A stretch of DNA of 64,000 nt from Eledone cirrhosa (lineage: Eukaryota): contig OZ024752.1 of assembly GCA_964016885.1 (NCBI GenBank), positions 33,356,001 to 33,420,000 on the forward strand, in the 5' to 3' direction. The translations under genes and the position numbers were made by a program. Below are positions 39,101 through 51,924 of the stretch, in pieces. Below the pieces are notes generated by a model. It saw only the letters and a list, made by a program, of their open reading frames with translations, was not told where the DNA came from and searched no databases. The first letter of the stretch is position 1, and every line of letters begins with the position of its first letter.

Positions 39101-42100
39101 CTGTATATAGACTGTTGTCATACCATTGTCCATTCCCTGTATATAGACTGTTGTCATACCATTGTCCATTCTCTGTATATAGTGTTGTCATACCATTGTC
39201 CATTCCCTGTATATAGACTGTTGTCATACCATTGTCCATTCCCTGTATATAGACTGTTGTCATACCATTGTCCATTCCCTGTATATAGACTGTTGTCATA
39301 CCATTGTCCATTCCCTGTATATAGACTGTTGTCATACCATTGTCCATTCCCTGTATATAGACTGTTGTCATACCATTGTCCATTCCCTGTTTATAGACTG
39401 TTGTCATACCATTGTCCATTCCCTGTATATAGACTGTTGTCATACCATTGTCCATTCCCTGTTTATAGACTGTTGTCATACCATTGTCCATTCCCTGTAT
39501 ATAGACTGTTGTCATACCATTGTCCATTCCCTGTATATAGACTGTTGTCATACCATTGTCCATTCCCTGTATATAGACTGTTGTCATACCATTGTCCATT
39601 CCCTGTATATAGACTGTTGTCATACCATTGTCCATTCCCTGTATATAGACTGTTGTCATACCATTGTCCATTCCCTGTATATAGACTGTTGTTGTACCAT
39701 TGTCCATTCCCTGTATATAGACTGTTGTCATACCATTGTCCATTCCCTGTATATAGACTGTTGTCATACCATTGTCCATTCTCTGTATATAGAGTGTTGT
39801 CATACCATTGTCCATTCCCTGTATATAGACTGTTGTCATACCATTGTCCATTCCCTGTATATAGACTGTTGTCATGCCATTGTCCATTCCCTGTATATAG
39901 ACTGTTGTCATACCATTCCCTGTGTATAGACTGTTGTCATACCATTGTCCATTCCCTGTGTATAGACTGTTGTCATACCATTGTCCATTCCCTGTGTATA
40001 GACTGTTGTCATACCATTGTCCATTCCCTGTATATAGACTGTTGTCATACCATTGTCCATTCCCTGTGTATAGACTGTTGTCATACCATTGTCCATTCCC
40101 TGTATATAGAGTGTTGTCATACCATTGTCCATTCCCTGTATATAGACTGTTGTCATACCATTGTCCATTCCCTGTATATAGACTGTTGTCATGCCATTGT
40201 CCATTCCCTGTATATAGACTGTTGTCATACCATTCCCTGTGTATAGACTGTTGTCATACCATTGTCCATTCCCTGTGTATAGACTGTTGTCATACCATTG
40301 TCCATTCCCTGTATATAGACTGTTGTCATGCCATTGTCCATTCCCTGTATATAGACTGTTGTCATACCATTCCCTGTGTATAGACTGTTGTCATACCATT
40401 GTCCATTCCCTGTATATAGACTGCTGTCATACCATTGTCCATTCCCTGTGTATAGACTGTTGTCATACCATTGTCCATTCCCTGTGTATAGACTGTTGTC
40501 ATACCATTGTCTATTCCCTGTGTATAGACTGTTGTCATACCATTCCCTGTGTATAGACTGTTGTCATACCATTGTCCATTCCCTGTGTATAGACTGTTGT
40601 CATACCATTGTCCATTCCCTGTGTATAGACTGTTGTCATACCATTGTCCATTCCCTGTATATAGAGTGTTGTCATACCATTGTCCATTCCCTGTATATAG
40701 ACTGTTGTCATACCATTGTCCATTCCCTGTATATAGAGTGTTGTCATACCATTGTCCATTCCCTGTATATAGAGTGTTGTCATACCATTGTCCATTCCCT
40801 GTGTATAGACTGTTGTCATACCATTCCCTGTGTATAGACTGTTGTCATACCATTGTCCATTCCCTGTGTATAGACTGTTGTCATACCATTGTCCATTCCC
40901 TGTGTATAGACTGTTGTCATACCATTGTCCATTCTCTGTTTATAGACTGTTGTCATACCATTGTCCATTCTCTGTATATAGACTGTTGTCATACCATTGT
41001 CCATTCTCTGTATATAGACCGTTGTCATACCATTGTCCATTCCCTGTATATGGACTATTGTCATACCATTGTCCATTCCCTGTATATAGACCGTTGTCAT
41101 ACCATTGTCCATTCCCTGTATATGGACTATTGTCATACCATTGTCCATTCCCTGTATATAGACTGTTGTCATACCATTGTCCATTCTCTGTATATAGACT
41201 GTTGTCATACCATTGTCCATTCTCTGTATATAGACTGTTGTCATACCATTGTCCATTCTCTGTTTATAGACTGTTGTCATACCATTGTCCATTCTCTGTA
41301 TATAGACTGTTGTCATACCATTGTCCATTCTCTGTATATAGACTGTTGTCATACCATTGTCCATTCCCTGTTTATAGACTGTTGTCATACCATTGTCCAT
41401 TCCCTGTATATAGAGTGTTGTCATACCATTGTCCATTCCCTGTATATAGACTGTTGTCATACCATTGTCCATTCCCTGTATATAGAGTGTTGTCATACCA
41501 TTGTCCATTCCCTGTATATAGACTGTTGTCATACCATTGTCCATTCCCTGTTTATAGACTGTTGTCATACCATTGTCCATTCCCTGTATATAGACTGTTG
41601 TCATACCATTGTCCATTCCCTGTATATAGACTGCTGTCGTACCATTGTCCATTCCCTGTATATAGACTGCTGTCGTACCATTGTCCATTCCCTGTATATA
41701 GACTGTTGTCATACCATTGTCCATTCCCTGTATATAGACTGCTGTCGTACCATTGTCCATTCTCTGTATATAGACCGTTGTCATACCATTGTCCATTCCC
41801 TGTATATAGACCGTTGTCATACCATTGTCCATTCCCTGTATATGGACTGTTGTCATACCATTGTCCATTCTCTGTATATAGACTGTTGTCATACCATTGT
41901 CCATTCTCTGTATATAGACTGTTGTCATACCATTGTCTATTCCCTGTATATAGACTGTTGTCATACCATTGTCCATTCCCTGTATATAGACTGTTGTCAT
42001 ACCATTGTCCATTCTCTGTATATAGACTGTTGTCATACCATTGTCCATTCTCTGTATATAGACTGTTGTCATACCATTGACCATTCCCTGTATATAGACT

Positions 42101-45100
42101 GTTGTCATACCATTGTCCATTCCCTGTATATAGACTGTTGTCATACCATTGTCCATTCTCTGTATATAGACTGTTGTCATACCATTGTCCATTCCCTGTT
42201 TATAGACTGTTGTCATACCATTGTCCATTCCCTGTATATAGACTGTTGTCATACCATTGTCCATTCCCTGTATATAGTGTTGTCATACCATTGTCCATTC
42301 CCTGTATATAGAGTGTTGTCATACCATTGTCCATTCCCTGTGTATAGACTGTTGTCATACCATTGTCCATTCCCTGTATATAGACTGTTGTCATACCATT
42401 GTCCATTCCCTGTATATAGACTGCTGTCGTACCATTGTCCATTCCCTGTATATAGACTGTTGTCATACCATTGTCCATTCGCTGTATATAGACTTGTCAT
42501 ACCATTGTCCATTCCCTGTATATAGACTGTTGTCATACCATTGTCCAATCCCTGTATATAGACTGCTGTGATACCATTGTCCATTCCCTGTATATAGACT
42601 GTTGTCATACCATTGTCCATTCCCTGTATATAGACTGTTGTCATACCATTGTCCATTCTCTGTATATAGTGTTGTCAGACCATTGTCCATTCCCTGTATA
42701 TAGACTGTTGTCATACCATTGTCCATTCCCTGTATATAGACTGTTGTCATACCATTGTCCATTCTCTGTATATAGTGTTGTCAGACCATTGTCCATTCCC
42801 TGTATATAGACTGTTGTCATACCATTGTCCATTCTCTGTATATAGTGTTATACCATTGTCCATTCCCTGTATATAGACTGTTGTCATACCATTGTCCATT
42901 CCCTGTATATAGACTGTTGTCATACCATTGTCCATTCTCTGTATATAGTGTTGTCAGACCATTGTCCATTCCCTGTATATAGACTGTTGTCATACCATTG
43001 TCCATTCTCTGTATATAGTGTTGTCATACCATTGTCCATTCCCTGTATATAGACTGTTGTCATACCATTGTCCATTCCCTGTATATAGACTGTTGTCATA
43101 CCATTGTCCATTCTCTGTATATAGTGTTGTCATACCATTGTCCATTCCCTGTATATAGACTGTTGTCATACCATTGTCCATTCCCTGTATATAGACTGTT
43201 GTCATACCATTGTCCATTCTCTGTATATAGTGTTGTCAGACCATTGTCCATTCCCTGTATATAGACTGTTGTCATACCATTGTCCATTCCCTGTATATAG
43301 ACTATTGTCATACCATTGTCCATTCTCTGTATATAGTGTTGTCAGACCATTGTCCATTCCCTGTATATAGACTGTTGTCATACCATTGTCCATTCTCTGT
43401 ATATAGTGTTGTCATACCATTGTCCATTCCCTGTATATAGACTGTTGTCATACCATTGTCCATTCCCTGTATATAGACTGTTGTCATACCATTGTCCATT
43501 CCCTGTATATAGACTGTTGTCATACCATTGTCCATTCCCTGTATATAGACTGTTGTCATACCATTGTCCATTCCCTGTTTATAGACTGTTGTCATACCAT
43601 TGTCCATTCCCTGTATATAGACTGTTGTCATACCATTGTCCATTCCCTGTATATAGACTGTTGTCATACCATTGTCCATTCCCTGTATATAGACTGTTGT
43701 CATACCATTGTCCATTCCCTGTATATAGACTTGTCATACCATTGTCCATTCCCTGTATATAGACTGTTGTCATACCATTGTCCATTCTCTGTATATAGTG
43801 TTGTCATACCATTGTCCATTCCCTGTATATAGACTGTTGTCATACCATTGTCCATTCCCTGTATATAGACTGTTGTCATACCATTGTCCATTCTCTGTAT
43901 ATAGTGTTGTCATACCATTGTCCATTCCCTGTATATAGACTGTTGTCATACCATTGTCCATTCCCTGTATATAGACTGTTGTCATACCATTGTCCATTCT
44001 CTGTATATAGTGTTGTCAGACCATTGTCCATTCCCTGTATATAGACTGTTGTCATACCATTGTCCATTCCCTGTTTATAGACTGTTGTCATACCATTGTC
44101 CATTCCCTGTATATAGAGTGTTGTCATACCATTGTCCATTCTCTGTATATAGTGTTGTCATACCATTGTCCATTCCCTGTATATAGACTGTTGTCATACC
44201 ATTGTCCATTCCCTGTATATAGACTGTTGTCATACCATTGTCCATTCCCTGTATATAGACTGTTGTCATACCATTGTCCATTCTCTGTATATAGTGTTGT
44301 CAGACCATTGTCCATTCCCTGTATATAGACTGTTGTCATACCATTGTCCATTCCCTGTTTATAGACTGTTGTCATACCATTGTCCATTCCCTGTATATAG
44401 AGTGTTGTCATACCATTGTCCATTCTCTGTATATAGTGTTGTCATACCATTGTCCATTCCCTGTATATAGACTGTTGTCATACCATTGTCCATTCCCTGT
44501 ATATAGACTGTTGTCATACCATTGTCCATTCTCTGTATATAGTGTTGTCATACCATTGTCCATTCCCTGTATATAGACTGTTGTCATACCATTGTCCATT
44601 CCCTGTATATAGACTGTTGTCATACCATTGTCCATTCTCTGTATATAGTGTTGTCATACCATTGTCCATTCCCTGTATATAGACTGTTGTCATACCATTG
44701 TCCATTCCCTGTATATAGACTGTTGTCATACCATTGTCCATTCCCTGTATATAGACTGTTGTCATACCATTGTCCATTCCCTGTATATAGACTGTTGTCA
44801 TACCATTGTCCATTCCCTGTATATAGACTGTTGTCATACCATTGTCCATTCCCTGTTTATAGACTGTTGTCATACCATTGTCCATTCCCTGTATATAGAC
44901 TGTTGTCATACCATTGTCCATTCCCTGTTTATAGACTGTTGTCATACCATTGTCCATTCCCTGTATATAGACTGTTGTCATACCATTGTCCATTCCCTGT
45001 ATATAGACTGTTGTCATACCATTGTCCATTCCCTGTATATAGACTGTTGTCATACCATTGTCCATTCCCTGTATATAGACTGTTGTCATACCATTGTCCA

Positions 45101-48100
45101 TTCCCTGTATATAGACTGTTGTCATACCATTGTCCATTCCCTGTATATAGACTGTTGTTGTACCATTGTCCATTCCCTGTATATAGACTGTTGTCATACC
45201 ATTGTCCATTCCCTGTATATAGACTGTTGTCATACCATTGTCCATTCTCTGTATATAGAGTGTTGTCATACCATTGTCCATTCCCTGTATATAGACTGTT
45301 GTCATACCATTGTCCATTCCCTGTATATAGACTGTTGTCATGCCATTGTCCATTCCCTGTATATAGACTGTTGTCATACCATTCCCTGTGTATAGACTGT
45401 TGTCATACCATTGTCCATTCCCTGTGTATAGACTGTTGTCATACCATTGTCCATTCCCTGTGTATAGACTGTTGTCATACCATTGTCCATTCCCTGTATA
45501 TAGACTGTTGTCATACCATTGTCCATTCCCTGTGTATAGACTGTTGTCATACCATTGTCCATTCCCTGTATATAGAGTGTTGTCATACCATTGTCCATTC
45601 CCTGTATATAGACTGTTGTCATACCATTGTCCATTCCCTGTATATAGACTGTTGTCATGCCATTGTCCATTCCCTGTATATAGACTGTTGTCATACCATT
45701 CCCTGTGTATAGACTGTTGTCATACCATTGTCCATTCCCTGTGTATAGACTGTTGTCATACCATTGTCCATTCCCTGTATATAGACTGTTGTCATGCCAT
45801 TGTCCATTCCCTGTATATAGACTGTTGTCATACCATTCCCTGTGTATAGACTGTTGTCATACCATTGTCCATTCCCTGTATATAGACTGCTGTCATACCA
45901 TTGTCCATTCCCTGTGTATAGACTGTTGTCATACCATTGTCCATTCCCTGTGTATAGACTGTTGTCATACCATTGTCTATTCCCTGTGTATAGACTGTTG
46001 TCATACCATTCCCTGTGTATAGACTGTTGTCATACCATTGTCCATTCCCTGTGTATAGACTGTTGTCATACCATTGTCCATTCCCTGTGTATAGACTGTT
46101 GTCATACCATTGTCCATTCCCTGTATATAGAGTGTTGTCATACCATTGTCCATTCCCTGTATATAGACTGTTGTCATACCATTGTCCATTCCCTGTATAT
46201 AGAGTGTTGTCATACCATTGTCCATTCCCTGTATATAGAGTGTTGTCATACCATTGTCCATTCCCTGTGTATAGACTGTTGTCATACCATTCCCTGTGTA
46301 TAGACTGTTGTCATACCATTGTCCATTCCCTGTGTATAGACTGTTGTCATACCATTGTCCATTCCCTGTGTATAGACTGTTGTCATACCATTGTCCATTC
46401 CCTGTGTATAGACTGTTGTCATATCATTGTCCATTCCCTGTGTATAGACTGTTGTCATACCATTGTCCATTCCCTGTATATAGAGTGTTGTCATACCATT
46501 GTCCATTCCCTGTATATAGAGTGTTGTCATACCATTGTCCATTCCCTGTGTATAGACTGTTGTCATACCATTGTCTATTCCCTGTGTATAGACTGTTGTC
46601 ATACCATTGTCCATTCCCTGTGTATAGACTGTTGTCATACCATTGTCTATTCTCTGTATATAGACTGTTGTCATACCATTGTCCATTCCCTGTATATAGA
46701 CTGCTGTCATACCATTGTCCATTCCCTGTGTATAGACTGTTGTCATACCATTGTCCATTCTCTGTATATAGACTGTTGTCATACCATTGTCCATTCCCTG
46801 TATATAGAGTGTTGTCATACCATTGTCCATTCCCTGTATATAGAGTGTTGTCATACCATTGTCCATTCCCTGTGTATAGACTGTTGTCATACCATTGTCC
46901 ATTCCCTGTGTATAGACTGTTGTCATACCATTGTCCATTCCCTGTGTATAGACTGTTGTCATATCATTGTCCATTCCCTGTGTATAGACTGTTGTCATAC
47001 CATTGTCCATTCCCTGTATATAGAGTGTTGTCATACCATTGTCCATTCCCTGTATATAGAGTGTTGTCATACCATTGTCCATTCCCTGTATATAGACTGT
47101 TGTCATACCATTGTCCATTCCCTGTATATAGACTGTTGTCATACCATTGTCCATTCCCTGTATATAGACTGCTGTCGTACCATTGTCTATTCCCTGTGTA
47201 TAGACTGTTGTCATACCATTGTCCATTCCCTGTGTATAGACTGTTGTCATACCATTGTCCATTCCCTGTGTATAGACTGTTGTCATACCATTGTCCATTC
47301 CCTGTATATAGACTGTTGTCATACCATTGTCCATTCCCTGTATATAGACTGTTGTCATACCATTGTCCATTCCCTGTATATAGACTGCTGTCGTACCATT
47401 GTCTATTCCCTGTGTATAGACTGTTGTCATACCATTGTCTATTCCCTGTGTATAGACTGTTGTCATACCATTGTCCATTCCCTGTATATAGACTGTTGTC
47501 ATACCATTGTCCATTCCCTGTATATAGACTGCTGTCATACCATTGTCCATTCCCTGTTTATAGACTGTTGTCATACCATTGTCCATTCTCTGTATATAGA
47601 CTGTTGTCATACCATTGTCCATTCCCTGTGTATAGACTGTTGTCATACCATTGTCCATTCTCTGTATATAGACTGTTGTCATACCATTGTCCATTCCCTG
47701 TATATAGACTGCTGTCATACCATTGTCCATTCCCTGTTTATAGACTGTTGTCATACCATTGTCCATTCTCTGTATATAGACTGTTGTCATACCATTGTCC
47801 ATTCCCTGTATATAGACTGTTGTCATACCATTGTCCATTCCCTGTATATAGACTGTTGTCATACCATTGTCCATTCCCTGTATATAGTGCTGTCATACCA
47901 TTGTCCATTCCCTGTATATAGTGTTGTCATACCATTGTCCATTCTCTGTATATAGACTGTTGTCATACCATTGTCCATTCCCTGTATATAGTGTTGTCAT
48001 ACCATTGTCCATTCCCTGTATATAGTGTTGTCATACCATTGTCCATTCCCTGTATATAGTGTTGTCATACCATTGTCCATTCCCTGTATATAGTGTTGTC

Positions 48101-48830
48101 ATACCATTGTCCATTCCCTGTATATAGACTGTTGTCATACCATTGTCCATTCTCTGTATATAGACTGTTGTCATACCATTGTCCATTCCCTGTATATAGA
48201 CTGTTGTCATACCATTGTCCATTCTCTGTATATAGACTGTTGTCATACCATTGTCCATTCCCTGTTTATAGACTGTTGTCATACCATTGTCCATTCCCTG
48301 TATATAGACTGTTGTCATACCATTGTCCATTCTCTGTATATAGACTGTTGTCATACCATTGTCCATTCCCTGTATATAGAGTGTTGTCATACCATTGTCC
48401 ATTCCCTGTATATAGTGTTGTCATACCATTGTCCATTCCCTGTATATAGTGTTGTCATACCATTGTCCATTCCCTGTATATAGTGCTGTCATACCATTGT
48501 CCATTCCCTGTATATAGTGTTGTCATACCATTGTCCATTCTCTGTTTATAGACTGTTGTCATACCATTGTCTATTCCCTGTTTATAGACTGTTGTCATAC
48601 CATTGTCCATTCCCTGTGTATAGACTGTTGTCATACCATTGTCCATTCCCTGTATATAGTGCTGTCATACCATTGTCCATTCCCTGTATATAGACTGCTG
48701 TCATACCATTGTCTATTCCCTGTGTATAGACTGCTGTCATACCATTGTCTATTCCCTGTGTATAGACTGTTGTCATACCATTGTCTATTCCCTGTTTATA
48801 GACTGTCGTCATACCATTGTCCATTCCCAG
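27130..48830. repeat. 36-bp satellite (TATATAGACTGTTGTCATACCATTGTCCATTCCCTG)n, ~600 copies, ~21.7 kb, intronic
   Basis: Continuous tandem array with point variants and 29/33/34-bp deletion units. Confidence 0.98.
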
Positions 48831-48886
48831 TGTAACATTGTGTTAATTATTGGTAGTCTTGCTTGTATGTACTAATTAAACTAGAT

Positions 48887-49282
48887 CAGCGGTAGCCAAC
48901 TGGTGGTACGCAGAAAATTGTTGACATTATTTGCAATTTTTATTGCTAATAAAACAAAAATAATATTCGGTTAAAGTATATCTTATAACACACCTAAAGA
49001 TGTTTCTCCTCAGTAAATAACGAACATCCATAAAGTACCAGTAATGCACTGGGTAATTTGCTGGCCTTGTGCCTAAAGTAGAAACAATTATTATATATAT
49101 ATGTGTCATCTATCGACAATATGACACACGTACACTTCAGTATTGTTTAATAAAATGGAAGTTCTCTGATCATTATTTTACAAATGTTTTTTTTTTTTTT
49201 TTTTAAATTCATATTAGTGGACCACAGGGTTTAAAATAATGAATTTAGTGGTCTGCGAGGTCAGAAAGGTTGGCAGCAGCTG
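48887..49282. mobile_element. Degenerate hAT (Charlie-like) MITE
   Basis: CAGCGGTAGCCAAC ... GTTGGCAGCAGCTG ends; flanks AACTAGAT/AACTCGAG resemble a decayed 8-bp TSD. Confidence 0.55.
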
Positions 49283-49488
49283 AACTCGAGAGTATCTAAC
49301 TATACTAAACCATGGATTGAACTGTTGACCAGCAGATAAACTTGATCCCTTAACACAACCATTGATTATATCAATTATATTGGTTATATCGATTATATTA
49401 GTTATATTGATTGTATTGGATATTGATTATATTGGTTATTGATTGTATTGACCCATTGATGGAAATTAAGATAGAAAGACTATTAAAC

Positions 49489-49716
49489 TTAACCCTCTAG
49501 CATTTAAACCAGCTGTATCCGGTCAGAATTCTCTCACCTCTTTCTGTTCAAACTGACTGTAACTTGCTACTCATACTTATATTAAGGTATTGTTCTCAAA
49601 ATAAATAATATCAAAATCTCAAAGATTCAATATTATGTGAGATATTATTTGAGATAAACCCTTTAATGTGAAAATACAATATTATATATAGAGAAATGTA
49701 AATGCTAAAGGGTTAA
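49489..49716. mobile_element. TTAA-flanked MITE
   Basis: Same TIR family as 4010. Confidence 0.82.
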
Positions 49717-49870
49717 GACATAAACAAGTGACATTTAAAGCTCCTTATTTCCATCACACAGTTTTCCCACGAGATACTAACATAATTAATATATGTGTTG
49801 GTTACATATTAAGGGAACTTTCTGATGGTTGTGAGTTCAATCCCTAGGTTTATATATATATATATATAAA

Positions 49871-50063
49871 ACGAAGGAAGTGTGGTAAGGAACCAGATAG
49901 ACCATAAGGCACCAGAGTACTCAGTACTTAGGGTAGTAGAGTGGGTAATATGAAAATGTTTAACCCCGACAGCAGAGCTCAAGCCGTTTTGACGGCTATT
50001 TCTAGACTGAAATAGCTATTGAAATGGCTTGAGCTCTGCCGTCGGGGTTAAACATTTCCATAT
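49871..50063 (-). mobile_element. Fold-back element plus tail, same family as 10466-10632
   Basis: Hairpin 49948-50063 and tail homologous to the reverse complement of 10564-10632. Confidence 0.8.
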
Positions 50064-50069
50064 ACATAT

Positions 50070-50380
50070 ATAATAAACAACATAATATAATTATTCCATT
50101 ACCCAAAGTTTCACAAAATTGGACAATTCTAACAGAAACATCAAGTTCGTTCATCAGATGAATGGATCAGATATGGAATTAAAAATCTATCATATCTTAT
50201 GTCCATAACATAAACATTTCATCTGATGAACGAACTTGATGTTTCTGTTAGAATTGTCTAATTTTGTGAAACCTTAGGTAATGGAATAATTACATTGTGT
50301 TGTTTATTATATAATGAAATAGCTCTGTACAATACATAGAGCACACTTCTTTCCTTTACCTTTTCTACAGAAATACTTAA
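50070..50380 (+). mobile_element. Fold-back element with divergent hammerheads plus tail
   Basis: ~95-bp inverted arms (50070-50313) around a ~50-bp spacer; tail AAATAGCTCTGTACAATACATAGAGCAC. Confidence 0.8.
50216..50287 (+). ncRNA. Type I hammerhead ribozyme, complete core
   Basis: ATTTCAT-CTGATGA-ACGAA...TTTGT-GAA-ACC-TTA-GGT-A-ATGGAAT: 7-bp stem I, 5-bp stem II base, 3-bp stem III, GUA cleavage triplet; mirror copy on the minus strand at ~50093-50164. Confidence 0.72.
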
Positions 50381-50402
50381 CACACAGACACGCACACATA
50401 TA

Positions 50403-50748
50403 TCATCATCATCATCATCATTTCATTTTACGTCCACTTTTCCCTGCTTGCTAGGGTGGGACGGGAACTGATTCTGGCTTGATTTCTACAGCTGGATGCC
50501 CTTCCTAACACCAACCTCATTTACAGTGAGTGCTGGGTGCTTTTTTGCCGTGGCACCTCCACAACCACTTTGCAGTGGAATGATAGGAACCCCAGTCCCT
50601 ATCATCTCATTTCTACAGCTGAGTAAACTGGAGCAATGTGAAATAAAGTATCTTGCTCAAGGAAACAACACATCACCCGGTCTGAGAATTGAACTCACAA
50701 CCTTTCGATTGCAAGGCCAATGCTCTAACCACTAAGCTATGTGCCTCC
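50403..50748 (-). mobile_element. SINE family A copy
   Basis: Reverse complement of the 2426-type copy. Confidence 0.85.
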
Positions 50749-51178
50749 AGTGTACATACATACTCACTCTGTTTTAAGCAGAACAAGCAAGTGGCATTAA
50801 ATAAATAAGTAACTAATTGACTCATCATTATCATCATCACTATCATCACCACCATCATCATCGTTGTCACCGTCTGGTTTAATGTCTTCTTTACTAATAC
50901 AACGATATCTTGGACATAGATGCAATAATAACCATCTATCCCAGGGGTTTGCATTAAGGGCTAGGTTTGAAATACTGATGTATTTGTACCAAATTCAAGT
51001 GTACACCTGAAGGTGGGAGTATTAACAGGTAAAATATTGTGATTATAAACCCAAGATGAGGACACTATTCAGTTAGTTATAATGAAGGTTTACAATATTG
51101 CAAATGTTTTTAAAATGTTTTGTATTTTTTTTCATCCTCCACGACCACATTTTAGGCATGTTATTAGTCATTTCTTTC

Positions 51179-51211
<33 letters not shown>

Positions 51212-51213
51212 TA

Positions 51214-51275
<62 letters not shown>

Positions 51276-51480
51276 ATTATATTTATATATATATATATAT
51301 ACACATAATTATATTTATATATATATGTATATATATACACATAATTATATTTATATATATATATATATATATATATACATGCATATCTGTATATATATAT
51401 ATATACATACAATACACTCTGAAATTGCCATGCTGTTCATCATACACTGACTGCTGGCTTGACGTGACAGAGTTTCTAGG

Positions 51481-51515
<35 letters not shown>

Positions 51516-51516
51516 G
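51179..51516. repeat. Compound (TA)n/(CA)n tract and (GTT)n microsatellite
   Basis: Direct reading. Confidence 0.95.
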
Positions 51517-51924
51517 AATGCATCTCTTTACCTGGCATGTGCTCAGTCATTGGTTTGGTGTTGTTTTGTTTTTCTTAATTTTTGAATGATTTAATGAGCT
51601 CCATTAATTAAGACAAACCGATAACCTTTGTTTTGTTTCAGAAATTTCTACTAAATAATAATACTACTACTACTACTACTATTACACTGTGACTATTATA
51701 CTTTTTGTAAAGCATCTTTAATGAAACAAACAATTAAGATTTTGCAGATGAAGGCACCATGCAAGGGTTTCCACCAAAATTGATGAACACATGGAAACAT
51801 ATTTTTTTTTAGAATGAAACAAACCAAAAACAGCGCATTCACCGTTATCATTATCATCCTCATTATCCTGTTAACATCCGTATCCATGTTTTTCCATGCT
51901 TGCATGGATTGGACGTTAAGTTAC

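Noticed and set aside
27085-48824. Very long Cys/His-rich or MDNGMTT-repeat ORFs (up to 1536 aa)
   Set aside because: A 36-bp unit is a multiple of 3 and is stop-free in several frames on both strands. Indels shift frames freely and the array is intronic, so there is no sign of coding constraint.
51082-51517. YIYIYI and poly-Cys ORFs
   Set aside because: They are translations of (TA)n and (GTT)n microsatellites.
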